64,000 bases of DNA from Octopus sinensis (lineage: Eukaryota): positions 58,156,001 to 58,220,000 of the forward strand of contig NC_043007.1 in the NCBI RefSeq assembly GCF_006345805.1, given 5' to 3'. The notes beneath the pieces were generated by a model that saw only the letters and a program-made list of their open reading frames with translations, made no database searches and was not told where the DNA came from. Made by a program: the position numbers and the translations under genes. Positions 39,740 through 53,090 of this stretch are shown piece after piece. How positions within the stretch are numbered: position 1 is the stretch's first letter; each line of letters begins with the position of its first letter.

Positions 39740-39948
39740 CCTTTCTACTATAGGCCTGAAATTTAGAGGGAAGGAATGGTCGATTTCAATGACCCCAGTT
39801 CTTCACTGGTACTTAATGTATCTACCCCGAAAGGATGAAATGCAAAGTCGACCTCGACGGATTTGAACTCGGAACGTAGCGACGGGCGAAATACCTACCG
39901 CTAAGCACTTCGACCAGCGTGCTAACGATTCTGCCGGCTCGCCGCCTT
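39740..39948 (-). mobile_element. tRNA-derived SINE (family of 15412-15613)
   Basis: ccccgaaaggatgaaatgcaaagtcgacctcgacggatttgaactc...cgattctgccggctcgccgcct. Confidence 0.85.
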
Positions 39949-41312
39949 TATCACTCATTTAATACTGATTTCTAACACAGTTCCTAGGCGTCAAATAATG
40001 ATCTTCTGCAAAATACATAATACAGCATTATAATTCACATAGCATTACACAGGGTGGCGAGCTGGCAGAATCCAACTCCACCTTTCGTGACACCCGTAAA
40101 GCCAAGAACTTTTCAGCACCCCTCGTACATAGTATTACACAATAATAGATAATACTGTAGCATGTATCGTGTTGCATAATATAATAATAATATATTTTAC
40201 ATAACTTGGTAATATGCATAACATATACATTAGTAATGTGCATAATATTGTAAAATATAGTAAAATACATATTAGAAGAGGGTACGATACGGTTAGAAAA
40301 ATTAACAAGATTGTTTTAGTCGGGACGTCCTTGATCATACGGCATTTGCTTAATGAGATGTGACTTAGGGCTAAACTACCCTAAAATGACAAATACTAAC
40401 ACACAAAAGGAAGAAAACAACAGCAACAGCAACAAAAGGAGGCAGAGAAGCAACAACATCAACAAAAACAATAAAACCAGCTACAATAAAACCTTAGAAT
40501 TAACGAGAATAACAATAATGGTAATATTAAACTGAGAATGTAAAAAGCCACAAATCCAAGGAAAGAAATTATTAGAGCATTAATAACGGCAACAATGAAA
40601 AATGAGAATGCAGGCGAAAAAAGCCTATTTGCAAATACAACATGCAATTTTAACCATCGTTAGCATCATCACCACCACCAGCAGTAATAACGAAAGCAGC
40701 AACATCAACAGCAACACATAATTGAGTCCAGTACATTATAAAGATAAGCAAAACAATGATAGTAACCCCACCGCCACCTTCAATACCACAAGCAATAACA
40801 AAATCGAACAATCCTAGCCATAAATACAAAGACAGTACTTATATGACGAGTAGCAATATCCCCAGCACGTAAAAATAACAATAATAATAATAGTCACAGA
40901 AAAACCTTCGTTTACACCTTGCCGCACACCCGAAATACAATTTATTGATTCAACTAAATAGAAGAATAACTAGAAAATGATCTACTGTATTGTACTTGAC
41001 GGCGTTGACAAGTACCGGCTGCGGTCGGTACTTGCCACAGAAAACGACGAAATCAATCCATAAATTCACACACACACGCACACACACACACACACTCACA
41101 CACACACACCACACACACACAAACAAACAAACAAACACATACATACACAGACACACACGTACACAGACATATGTATGCATGTACATGCTTGTAAACACAT
41201 TCATATGTATGCATACGTATATGTATTTGTATATATATATACACACATATATAAACACATATCTTTTTTATGCATGTGTATATATGCATGCGTGTATATA
41301 TATATATAATAT

Positions 41313-41369
<57 letters not shown>

Positions 41370-41486
41370 GCATACATACATACATACATACATAAGGGCA
41401 TAAAGGCACATGTGTGTATATATGTATAAATATATACATGAATGCACACGCATGATACATGTTACTATATAATAGCACAAACACGC

Positions 41487-41532
<46 letters not shown>

Positions 41533-41817
41533 CCACACACACACACACGCGCGCGCACACACGCACTTAGGCTGTTAATAATTTTCATCGATTCCCCTCT
41601 TTCATTTATACTTTTTCTTTAGCCAGCTTTCTCCTTTACTTCTTTTTTCTCTGTCCTCTTCCCATTCTTTCTTCTTTTCTTTCTTACTTCCTTTCCGTCA
41701 GTCTGTCTTCATGTTCTATTTTCATGTCAATTAGACAATTGTTATACTTCAAGTTGTGTGTTAGCTATTGTACATTATCCGGTTCGGAAGTATATGATTT
41801 TTTTTCTATTTCTTTTA

Positions 41818-41885
<68 letters not shown>

Positions 41886-42265
41886 TGTCTTTCAAAAAAC
41901 CGCATCAATATAATGCATTTACATTCTTTGCTTTCTCTCTTTTTGTTTATAATTTCATAAGTTATACTTTAATATTATCCGAAAGATTTCATTCCAATTT
42001 GCAAATAATGATTTTCACAACAACGTGAACAAAAAACTCTATCAAAAAATAAAAAAAGAAAACAAAAAAGAAAAAAAGAAAAACCACATCAAGCAAATAT
42101 AGCAACTGAAATAGCAAGACTAAAAGTTTATATATAAAACACAAAAAAAAACTAATTACAAGCTTATGTAAAGTATTTTTACGTGTGTGTTTGTATTTGT
42201 ATACACAAATATATATGAATTATGTGTGTATGTGTGTGTGTGAGTCTGTATTTGTACGTATGTGA

Positions 42266-42309
<44 letters not shown>

Positions 42310-42356
42310 TATATATAATATATATATATACATATATATATATGTATATATATATG

Positions 42357-42388
<32 letters not shown>

Positions 42389-42562
42389 TATATATAAACA
42401 CAATTCGTAGATATATATATATAAGTATACATGTATCTATCCATATTATGTGTGTATGTGTGTGTGTATTTTTATGTATATATATATGTATGTGTATATA
42501 TATATATTCTTTTATTTGTTTCAGTCATTTAACTGCGGCTACCGCCTTTAGTCGAACACACA

Positions 42563-42600
<38 letters not shown>

Positions 42601-42609
42601 ACACACACA

Positions 42610-42728
<119 letters not shown>

Positions 42729-43638
42729 TATGATATACATATATCCGAGACCACAGTGAAGCTGGAGAATTAGTTATGTTTTTTTTTAATTACATAATCT
42801 ATCCACGTGTTTCACTAGCGAATACAATACACGTACGTTGTGCACTAAACGTTACGTATAGGATCACATAATCATAATGACTCGCCAAATTTTTAAGAGA
42901 AATAGAAATGTCATCCATTATTAGTTACTAACACCAGCTAGTTGACAGTACTAAGTTAAAAGTGAGCATAAATGTCAGGGAGCATATTTTACATTGCAAT
43001 AAAAAGAAAAGGCAGACTACATTTTTATTTTATCAGGGAAATAGAAATAGAACGACAGAAGGAGGTGAAGTAACTAGTCAGGATGTCTAAGGAAAAAGTA
43101 AGGTCAATTACCTAAACTGTTGCAAATCAAAGAAAATAACAAATTAACAATTCTAAATGGCTTAGAGGAGCGTAGTGGTGACAGTAGATTGGAATTTGGT
43201 TCGCGAGAAATATCCGTATGAACCTACGCAATCGTAGACGCACACGCACGCTCACACACATAAACGTATGCGTATATAAAACTTTATATCTACATACACC
43301 TACGCACATATGTATATAACCGTACGTCTGAGCATACATTCTACGCAATAACGAAAGGTAGTGTCAGTCCAAATAGGCCCCCATATGCATAAATGTATGC
43401 TGACATATCTCAAAATACACGATAATCATATGCATTTGCAACTGACTATAGGGGAAAAGGCAAATTCTGAATTTCTAAGAGAGTTATTAATTTTGTCTTT
43501 TAAAAAAATTGAAGGATTAAGGCATTAATGCATTAATTTATATACTAGGAACTGGTGTGCAACCTTATTTATAAAACAGACTATATACATATTATATATA
43601 TACATACATTTATATATACATACATATATATATAAATA

Positions 43639-43688
<50 letters not shown>

Positions 43689-43735
43689 ATATATATATTT
43701 AATGTCACATGTTTTTATAAGTCATATATATCATA

Positions 43736-43775
43736 AAACAGCGCTTGCGTCCACTCTAGTGGAGTCGTCAGATTG
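43736..43775 (-). ncRNA. Degenerate minimal hammerhead motif
   Basis: Minus strand reads aat-CTGACGA-c-tccact(ag)agtgga-c-GCAA-gcgc-TG. Good stem II and palindromic stem III, but GAAA->GCAA and UH->UG. Confidence 0.4.
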
Positions 43776-43901
43776 AATATTTTCAGGAATTTTGTCTCTT
43801 TTCATAGTATTATTGAGTGTGTAGGGGTGGAGAGAGATATAAGATAGTACAAGAGGGTGAGGAATAGGGAGAAAGTGAGAGAGAGAGTGCGCGTGTGTGC
43901 G

Positions 43902-43947
<46 letters not shown>

Positions 43948-44229
43948 AGCGCGCTTGTGTGTGTATGCTTTTGTATCTGAAAAGAGTGTCAATGGAAAAG
44001 AGAAGGAAAGGAAGAAGGAAGAGAGAAAGAAGAAAAATGTGTTGACATCATTTCTTTCATTAGTAAATGATTCTTGGGTTTTAGGAATGGCAAACCCATC
44101 TGGTCACTTCAATGGGGGTAAAATGTTATTTTTCAAAAAACTGTCTGGATTTCTTTTTATCATTGTCTTGTGAGAGAATGTGTGTGTTTGTATGTGTGCG
44201 TGCGCACATACACACACACACACACACAT

Positions 44230-44590
44230 TGAATCTAAGTTCATTGACTCTAAGTTCCAAATATCATAAGGACCCTTTCAGTAATTTTGGTCCATGAAAA
44301 ATGACTAAAATTTGGTGGTTAAGGGGTGTTACAATCATCCAAAGAAATGGAAATTTTGGGTATATTTTTTAATTTATTTCTAATACCAATGGTTCAAATT
44401 TCATCAAAATCCGAAGCATATGAATTTTCACAGGGGTTTCTGCCCCGCTTTATGCCCTGTCAAAATTGTATGAAACATGGCATTATCCTTCTCCCTAGGC
44501 TTGGATTTTGTGTTCTAAATCGGTCCAGTAGTTTTCGAGTCTATAAGTAACACACGAACCCACAGACATTGACTTTTATATAATATATAT
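44230..44590 (-). mobile_element. Non-autonomous Helitron-like fragment (5' part)
   Basis: Minus strand starts tatattatataaaagtcaatgtctgtgggttcgtgtgttacttatagactcgaaaactactggaccgattt, typical of invertebrate non-autonomous Helitron 5' ends. No 3' CTAG end seen. Confidence 0.5.
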
Positions 44591-44613
44591 ATGTATGTGT
44601 GTGTGTATGTATG

Positions 44614-44685
<72 letters not shown>

Positions 44686-45009
44686 ATATGGTGCAATATA
44701 ATAACATGGGATACATATAAATATATGATATAATATAACATGATATATATATATATATATATACAGATACAAATATATGCACACATATATATACACGCAC
44801 ACACATGTTCATATATACATATATACACATATATATGTATATATAATGTGAAATTATATATAAAAACTGTCAAATTGCGAAGAGAAGGATCAATTAACCC
44901 TTTTTTTTAGCAGACTATGATATTTATTTAGTATTACAAGGAAAAGGTTGACAATGGCTGAAGTATATTTGTGTATGTGTTTGTATATATATCTACCTAC
45001 TTATGTATT

Positions 45010-45348
45010 CTTTTATTCTTTTGCTTGTTTCAGTCATTTGACTGCGGCCGTGAAGGAGCACCGCCTAGCAGGGGTTTAATCAAACAGATCGACTTATTTT
45101 TTTAAAATCTAGTACCTATTCTATCTTTTGCCGAAGCGCTAACTTACGGGTACGTAAACACACCAACAAGCAGGTACAAAGACACACGGCGTGCTTCTTT
45201 CAGTTTCCGTCTACCAAATACACTCACAAGGCTTTGATAAGTTCGAGGCAATATTAGAAGGCACTTGCCGAAGGTACCATGCAATGGAACTGAACCCACC
45301 GGAACCATGTGGTTGGAAATCACGCTACTCACCACATACCCACGCCTG
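45010..45348 (-). mobile_element. SINE (OR1-like)
   Basis: Reverse complement of the 12583-12960 family, including head caggcgtgggtatgtggtgag...ccacatggttccgg. Confidence 0.85.
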
Positions 45349-45364
45349 CACCTATATATATATG

Positions 45365-45715
45365 GCACTCTGTCGGTTACGACGACGAGGGTTCCAGTTG
45401 AGCCAATAAACAGAACACCCTGCTCGTGAAATTAACGTACAAGTGGCTAAACACTCCACAGACACGTGTACCCTTAACGTAGTTCTCGGGGAGATTCAGC
45501 GTGACACAGTTTGTGACAAGGCTGGACCCTTTGAAATACAGGAACAACAGAAACAGGAAGAAAGTATGAGAGAAAGTTGTGGTGAAAGAATACAGCAGGG
45601 TTCACCACCACCCCCTGCAGGAGACTCGTGACGCATTAGGTGTTTTTGGTCAATAAACACTCACAACGCCCGATCGGGGAATCGAAACCGCGATCCTACG
45701 ATGGCGAGTCGCCTC
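45365..45715 (-). mobile_element. SINE (OR2-like)
   Basis: Minus-strand head gcgactcgccatcgtaggatcgcggtttcgattcccc; body shared with the 31156 copy. Confidence 0.75.
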
Positions 45716-45760
45716 CATATATATATATATGCGCCTCCACATATTTACACACACACACGC

Positions 45761-45862
<102 letters not shown>

Positions 45863-46591
45863 CATTTACACACACACGCATATACACAGGTGCGCGCGCA
45901 TATAAATATGTATATATATATATAACAATACCGTGCATGCAAACACAATACACAGTCTTACTCGGGTATGCGTGTGCTAATGTAAATGCGTTTGTGTGTA
46001 AGTATGAGTGGTAAAAATGCAGAGTTCTTTGGGTGTTAGTGTATGTATGTCTATGAGCATATGTAGGTATATTTGTGTGAATCAGCCGCATTTGAAGTAG
46101 GAAATGATTATCAGAAAAGAAACTGAAAACTTAATCGGATGGAAAGAAACAATAACGAATATATTTGTGTATATATCGGAAAAAAGTTGTTTAAATGTTC
46201 AATACTTCCTGGTGACTAAGTCACTTTTATTGTTTACTGCCTGTTTATAAAAGAATAGATTGTTTTGAGAGTGTTGTAGAAGGGTAGAAAATGCGCGATT
46301 AATGCAACCAAATGACTGTAACAAATTATACGTCCACATCAAACCACTCATTGCGAGATTATTGATGTTGTGTCGTATATCTGAGTTCAGGATGTTTAGT
46401 GATTTGTCAGAAGAGAGAGATAGATAGATGAAGAGAGAGAGAGTGTGTGAGAGAGAGTGAGAGAGGATGAGAGAGAGATTTTACGGTCGGGAGAGGAGAC
46501 TGACTGACTGATTAACTGACTGACGGACACGGAAGACAAAAGAATGAGAACTAGGAAGTGTGAAAGGCAGAGAAAAGTGAGAGAGAGAGAG

Positions 46592-46625
<34 letters not shown>

Positions 46626-46797
46626 GAAGGAAGAAAGAAAGAAAGAAGAAAAAAGAGAGAGAGACGAAGGGAGAAAGGAAATGGCAAAAACTGAGCATAC
46701 ATTGGACCACTTTTTGATGTACGTGTATGTATATATACACACACACACGCACATACACACACATACACAAACGCACACATACACACACGCACACACG

Positions 46798-46832
<35 letters not shown>

Positions 46833-46917
46833 ATACATATATATACATATATATATGTGTATATACTATATATATACACACATATATATATACGTGTGTG
46901 CGTGTGTTTTGTGTGCG

Positions 46918-46976
<59 letters not shown>

Positions 46977-47083
46977 GCGCGCATGTATCTGTAATCTTTG
47001 GATTTCTTATTATATCCAAGCGGGCCAACAATTCCCATTGCAATTGTTATTTCTCCATGTAATTGGAGAATAAATGTATATAC

Positions 47084-47171
47084 ATCTTCATTTATATAGA
47101 AGATGAAAAATAAAATCTCAGATGGCAAAAAGAGAAACGATTTTATTTTTGATCTTCTATATAAATGAAGA
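47084..47171. repeat. ~33 bp near-perfect hairpin, 21-nt loop
   Basis: tcttcatttatatagaagatgaaaaataaaatc / gattttatttttgatcttctatataaatgaaga, one mismatch. Confidence 0.9.
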
Positions 47172-47255
47172 CATTTCCTCCGTCTGGCTGCTTTTCTCAC
47201 TACAAAACGGTATGTTACATTGCGGAACAGCCATTTTAACGAGTTGTATTTATTT

Positions 47256-47360
47256 ATCACCCGACGAGATACATTTGCGCCACCGGATGCTCCTGAACCA
47301 GTTGTTGAGTGTCCCACCTAAGAGGAATCGATGTAGATGTGTCGAAGTAATTATCGTGAT
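47256..47360 (+). ncRNA. Degenerate type I hammerhead with long stem II
   Basis: atcac-CCGACGA-gatacattt[58 nt]agatgtgtc-GAAG-taatta-TC-gtgat. All three stems pair; two core transitions. Confidence 0.5.
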
Positions 47361-47506
47361 TAACGATAAATACTCGTATATTCCATCTTCCGTCTTTTAT
47401 TTGCTATATACCTAACGATCACTCTGAAAGTGACTGTACTTTAACAGTAAGCTACCAGGTGTAAACCATTCTTTTTATTATCCATCATATATATATATAT
47501 ATATAC

Positions 47507-47534
<28 letters not shown>

Positions 47535-47539
<5 letters not shown>

Positions 47540-48050
47540 AGATGGGCTACAGCAAATATTCTGCTCAGTACCACAGATTTGCTTGTCAGTTGTTTGACCT
47601 TAACCAGTTGAGCATGTCCCTTAGTGGCTGACGATATGTACATCTCTGATCACGAGCAGAAGTAGTGGGGGAGCATCATAGCCATGTGTTGAGAGGGATT
47701 CTTTGGGGTTTGAATAATTCACCTCTGGAGACATGGGTGGTTTTTTCAACATCCTTAAACAACCCTTATTCAGGGACCGTTTGAGCGGGATGGGCTACTC
47801 AACCTGAAGAAAATTCTAACTGGGCCCCACCTGCAAGGTCATGTGCAGTTTATCTTGATATGAGATCACCATGTCGCGCACATATGGTTGTGATGCATGT
47901 GCCTGGTGTGCCCTTATCAGACGGGTAGTCATGATGGGTATATTGGGCTTGGTATATTTTACCCCAGTGTCACTTTGATGGCATGAACTGCTCTCTCACT
48001 CAATAATAATAATAATAATATAATAATAATGATGATGATGATGATATGAT

Positions 48051-48091
<41 letters not shown>

Positions 48092-48095
48092 AATA

Positions 48096-48127
<32 letters not shown>

Positions 48128-48696
48128 TAAATAAAATAATATAAAATGCCCTGATGCAGTACCAGGCAGTGGCTCTCATGGCATCTGATCTTAACTGATT
48201 GGAAGTGTTATCATGTACATTGTTTTGTCTTGGTATAAAAGATGGGCTACAGCAAATATTCTGCTCAATACCACAGATTTGCTTGTCAGTTGTTTGACCT
48301 TAACCAGTTGAGCATGTCCCTTAGTGGCTGACGATATGTGCATCTCTGATCACGAGCAGAAGTAGTGGGGGAGCATCATAGCCATGTGTTGAGGGGGATT
48401 CTTTGGGGTTGATAATTCACCTCTGGAAACATGGGGGTTCTTTCAACATCCTTAAACAACCCTTATTCAGGACCTTTTGAGCGGGATGGGCTACTCAACC
48501 TGAAGAAAATTCTAACTGGGCCCCACCTGCAAGGTCATGTGCTGTTTATTTGATATGAGATCACCATGTCGCGCACATATGGTTGTGATGCATGTGCCTG
48601 GTGTACCTTTATCAGACGGGTAGTCATGATGGGTATATTGGGCTTCGTATATTTTACCCCAGTGTCACTTTGATGGCATGCACTGCCTCTCACTCA
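47535..48696 (+). mobile_element. Two tandem, differently 5'-truncated copies (47535-48002, 48146-48696) of a non-coding retroposon-like unit in a (TAA)n array
   Basis: ~465 bp highly similar (aaaagatgggctacagcaaatattctgctc...ctctcactcaat). Same 3' end running into (TAA)n; the second copy has ~90 bp extra at its 5' end. Confidence 0.85.
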
Positions 48697-49394
48697 ATCA
48701 TAATAATAATAATAATATAATAATATATAATAATAATATAAAATAATAATAAACTAATAATAATAATAATAATAATAATAATATATATTAGGAGTATAAC
48801 TCCAAACTTACAGGGAATAGCATCGCATCTGGGCACTTTCGTGGGTGCAAGCATGCCAATCCATCATAAGCATTATCGAATTATAATGAATCGCAAGTTG
48901 TCGAAATATTCTTCCTTTATATAATATCATTGTCGTCATTTTTTGTTAAATTAGAATTTAATCACCAGGCTATGTTACAATAAGGACTTATCATACATAC
49001 ATACTGTATAAAAATTATGTGATAATGAGTGTCGTCTATACTGTTTTCCCAACAGCCTAAGCAAAGGCTGGTCAGACTAAATAAATGAAAAGAAAAGTGG
49101 TGAGCCTGCAACCTTACATAGTGAACCACATTACATTTTTTCTCTTTTTGAAATTTCATGTTTCATCTTGTTGATATATCTGATGTGTGTCAGTACGGAT
49201 GTGGACGAGCCCACTAATTTTTATCTTTTCATATTTAATTCGAGTATAACAGATATTTGTAGAAAATTTCAATAAAAAATATCTAATTTTCTGAAAGTTA
49301 TGCGGAAACAAAGCTGACTGACATGAATTTTCCAAAACTTCTCTCTCCACCCACAGAAAAATTGTTTTCTCAACAAATTCCGATATAATCGGAT

Positions 49395-49569
49395 TTTGGA
49401 GGTGGGGAACAGTCGATTAGATCTGTCCCAAAACGCAACAGGTACTTAATTTATCGACTCTGAAAGGCAAATCGACTTCGGCGGAATTTGAACTCAGAAC
49501 GCAAAGACAGACGAAATACCGCTACATAATTGGCCCAGTGGGCTAACGTTTCTGCCAGCTCGCCGCCTT
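49395..49569 (-). mobile_element. tRNA-derived SINE (family of 15412-15613)
   Basis: ggtacttaatttatcgactctgaaaggcaaatcgacttcggcggaatttgaactcagaac...ctgccagctcgccgcctt. Confidence 0.85.
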
Positions 49570-49792
49570 GAACAAACGAAGAATATTAATTGAAAAAGAC
49601 AATGAAACGAAAACTTTAATAGAAATCGTTGGGATATTCGAACATGTGGTGCCTGTCAAGTAGTAATTCAAATGACAAGTTACTTTTGTTTGTGTATGCG
49701 CATAACCTGAAGTCCAGTCATGAGCACTTCACCCCTGCCAGAACCAGTGTATCGTTACGCATTCATTACCGGAAAACTATAATAAACATGTA

Positions 49793-51000
49793 CGAGGGGC
49801 GTTCAATAAGTAATGCCCCTGACCCACTTCCCATAGCAGCAGAGCAACGAAATTTGGCACAGTTATTAGTCTTTTTCTACATAGGAACCACCCAGAGTTA
49901 CGCATTTCTCCCATCGTTTGATGCAGCTCTGGAGACCGTTTTTGTAGAAGACCCCAGCTTGGTCCTCCAACCACGACGTTACTTCAGAAATCAAGGCTGC
50001 ATCATCTGGGAAATGCTTTCCTTTCAAAAACAACTTCATGGCTGGGAAGAGGTGAAAATCAGAGGGTGCCAGGTCAGGAGAGTAGGGGGGATGGGGGAGG
50101 AGTTCATAGCCACACGCCTTTGCTGATCTTGCCCCGCCTCTTGATTTTGATAGCTTCTCTTAATTTCCTCAAAAGTGAAGCATAATAGGCTCCTGTAATT
50201 GTGGTACCCTTTGCCAGGAAATCTATCATCACTACTCCGTCCTGGTCCCAGAAGACTGTGAGCATGACCTTACCAGCGGAGGGCTGCACCCTTGCCTTCT
50301 TTGGAGGAGGTGAGTCACGGTGCTTCCACTGCACTGACTGGGCTTTGGTCTCTGAATCATAGTGATGGACCCAGGATTCATTCTGTGTAGTCAGTCTTTT
50401 GAAAAATTTTGACTCATCTTCTTGGCACATCTCCAAATTCATCCCCGAGCACACGACGCGTTCTTGCTTCTGAAAAGGTGTGAGCAACCTGGGAATCCAT
50501 CTGGCAGACACCTTTTGCATATGCAAATGGTCATGAATGATAGTTTCCACAGACCCGGTACTAATCTTGACCTCATGGGCTATTTGGCGAATAGTTATGC
50601 GTTGATCTTCCAAAATGGCAGCCTCAACTTGACGGACAGATGCCTCATCAATGGCAGAAGGGGGGCGACCAGATCTGGAAGCTGTTTCCACAGAGTTCCG
50701 GCCATGTTTGAATTCACGATGCCAGCGTTTTACAAGGTCATAAGTTACTTTCATTCCATCAAAAGTCTCCCGTGGTGAGCGTCCTTTCAAATACAAAAAC
50801 CGGATCACTGCTCGACACTCAACAGGCTCCATTTTACACTTGACTCAGTTCAAACACCTGTAAATCAGAAACCACAATTAGTTCAGAGCTGTAATTTTCC
50901 ACTTAATCTATAGAGATTATAAATAATTGCACCTGCAAAATTTCAGCTAGATCAAACAACTGCAAGTGGGTCAGGGGCATGACTTATTGAATGTCCCTCG
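49793..51000 (-). mobile_element. Mariner transposon with 242-aa transposase ORF (50104-50832) and an internal deletion
   Basis: TA-flanked TIRs cgaggggcgttcaataagtaatgcccctgacccactt. MEPVECRAVIRFL...ARWIPRLL...TQNESWVHHY...KVMLTVFWD, then a frame change to ELLPHPPYSPDLAPSDFHLF. The DNAxxH segment is missing. Confidence 0.96.
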
Positions 51001-51807
51001 TATTTTTAAAAATTATATCGAAGGTATATATAAAACCGAAGAGAGCAATTTACAGTCTCACATTTGATTAATGAATAGTTCCATAAATTCCACTCTTTGA
51101 CCTGGTGTTTTATGCTCTGTGATCAATTTATCTGACCTGGAATTTCCGTTGTATATAAGTAGTTTTCCAATTTAAAGTAAGCCAGCTACAGATAAACACT
51201 TTGTTAGGCGAGATTTGCAGAAGCGCTTACTAATAATCCAACTCAGATTTTTTACTCCCTTTTTTTAATTTGATATATATTTACACACACACACAAACAC
51301 ATACACACATGCAAGCTTATAGGTGCATTACAAGGGGAAGAAAATGTCACTTGAATATCAAAGGGAGCATAAAATAGTGAAACATTATATCTATCTGTCT
51401 ATTCATTTGCCTATGTACGTATATATGTATGTATGTATGTATGTATGCATGTATGTATGTATGCACGTATGTATGGATGTATCCCATAAACTACCAAGTT
51501 ACAATCACACGTCTATATCAATGCTATACTATATATATATATATATATATCCATGATCTTCTATACGTATATGTCATCGTCCTGTACTTCCCACAGTTCA
51601 CCCATGCATTCACATGCCAAAACCTGACCTCCCATACCTCCATGCCACAAACTTTAACATACTCCTTTCTCTCTTCCAGTCTCTCTTTTACTTTCTTTCT
51701 TTCCCTTTCTCTCTTCTTCTCTCAAACTTTTCTCAGTTGAATATCTTAGCAGGTATAGCAGCAGTTCAGTTGTTGCCGAAGATAACTCCCAAACACCTTG
51801 AAGGATG

Positions 51808-51809
<2 letters not shown>

Positions 51810-51870
<61 letters not shown>

Positions 51871-51883
51871 TAATAATAATAAC

Positions 51884-51915
<32 letters not shown>

Positions 51916-51988
51916 TAATAATAATAATAATAATAATAATATAATAATAATAATAATAATGATAATAATGATGATGATGATGATGATG
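51810..51988. repeat. (TAA)n/(TGA)n microsatellite
   Basis: Direct inspection. Similar (TTA)n runs at 8799-8890 and 41820-41884. Confidence 0.95.
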
Positions 51989-52021
51989 AGAAGTAAAAAA
52001 AGAGAAAGAAAAAGAACTGTC

Positions 52022-52059
<38 letters not shown>

Positions 52060-52772
52060 CTGTTGTTGTTGTTGTTCACAACAACTGCAGCTGTAGCAGC
52101 AGGAAGAAAAACTGAATGAAAAGAAAACAGAAAGATAGAAGGAAACAAAGAAACGGAGAAAGATAATCGAAAGAAGATGAAGAGGGTAGAAAAATCGAAG
52201 ATTGATGAGAATGCTTTACAAAAGAGCAGACCAGGAAGCAACTGGCGCCCTCTTCCGCAGAACTTTGCAACCCTTACGGTAGTTTGTCGGTCTTTGTAAC
52301 CGTGCAGCGTCTAATTTCAATACAAGCTATTGAAGCGAGTCTGCAGTGTCTTCTGCAATGCCACGAGCATATAGGTTCTCTCGAGATTTCCGTTCCTGCG
52401 TAACTCGGCTTCCGTCCAAAATGTTGATGAGAGACATAGAAAAGGGGGAAAATGAATAAAAAAGAAAATCTTTGTTGTTTTGGGGCCAGACATATTTCTA
52501 GAGCTATAGAAAGAGACGCTGTTTCCTACATTTTCAAGAAAAGTCAATCCGACCCGTTAGGAGATTTTTGCGAATTAGTTGGTAGGTACTCCACAATGGT
52601 AGATCCACAAGAAATGGAAGAAGATGAAGATGAAGATGAAGAACAAGAAGAAGAAAAACAACAACAACAACAATAAGGTGATAATGATGATGATGAACAA
52701 GAAGTGGAGCAAGAGGTGGAAGAATATAATGATGGTGATAATGATGAAGAGAGGTGTGTGTGTGTGTGTATG

Positions 52773-52810
<38 letters not shown>

Positions 52811-52941
52811 TTCAAACATACAGAAAGGCACAAAAAACAGACAGGTGAAAGAACAACCAACAGGGTTTATATATTTATATACACACACACATATATATAG
52901 CGACGCAAGTACCCCTTTGGTCTTATATGTAAGTATATATA

Positions 52942-52973
<32 letters not shown>

Positions 52974-53047
52974 ACATACACACATATATATATATATATA
53001 TATACATGCACATACATACATACATACATATATATATATATACATAT

Positions 53048-53090
<43 letters not shown>

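Noticed and set aside
50104-50832. Mariner ORF as an active transposase or SETMAR gene
   Set aside because: First catalytic Asp reads N (TQNESW), the second-Asp segment is deleted, and there is no SET domain.
52452-52760. Acidic/poly-Q ORF (MVDPQEMEEDEDEDEEQEEEKQQQQQ)
   Set aside because: Short, low complexity, ends in a stop, no splice support.
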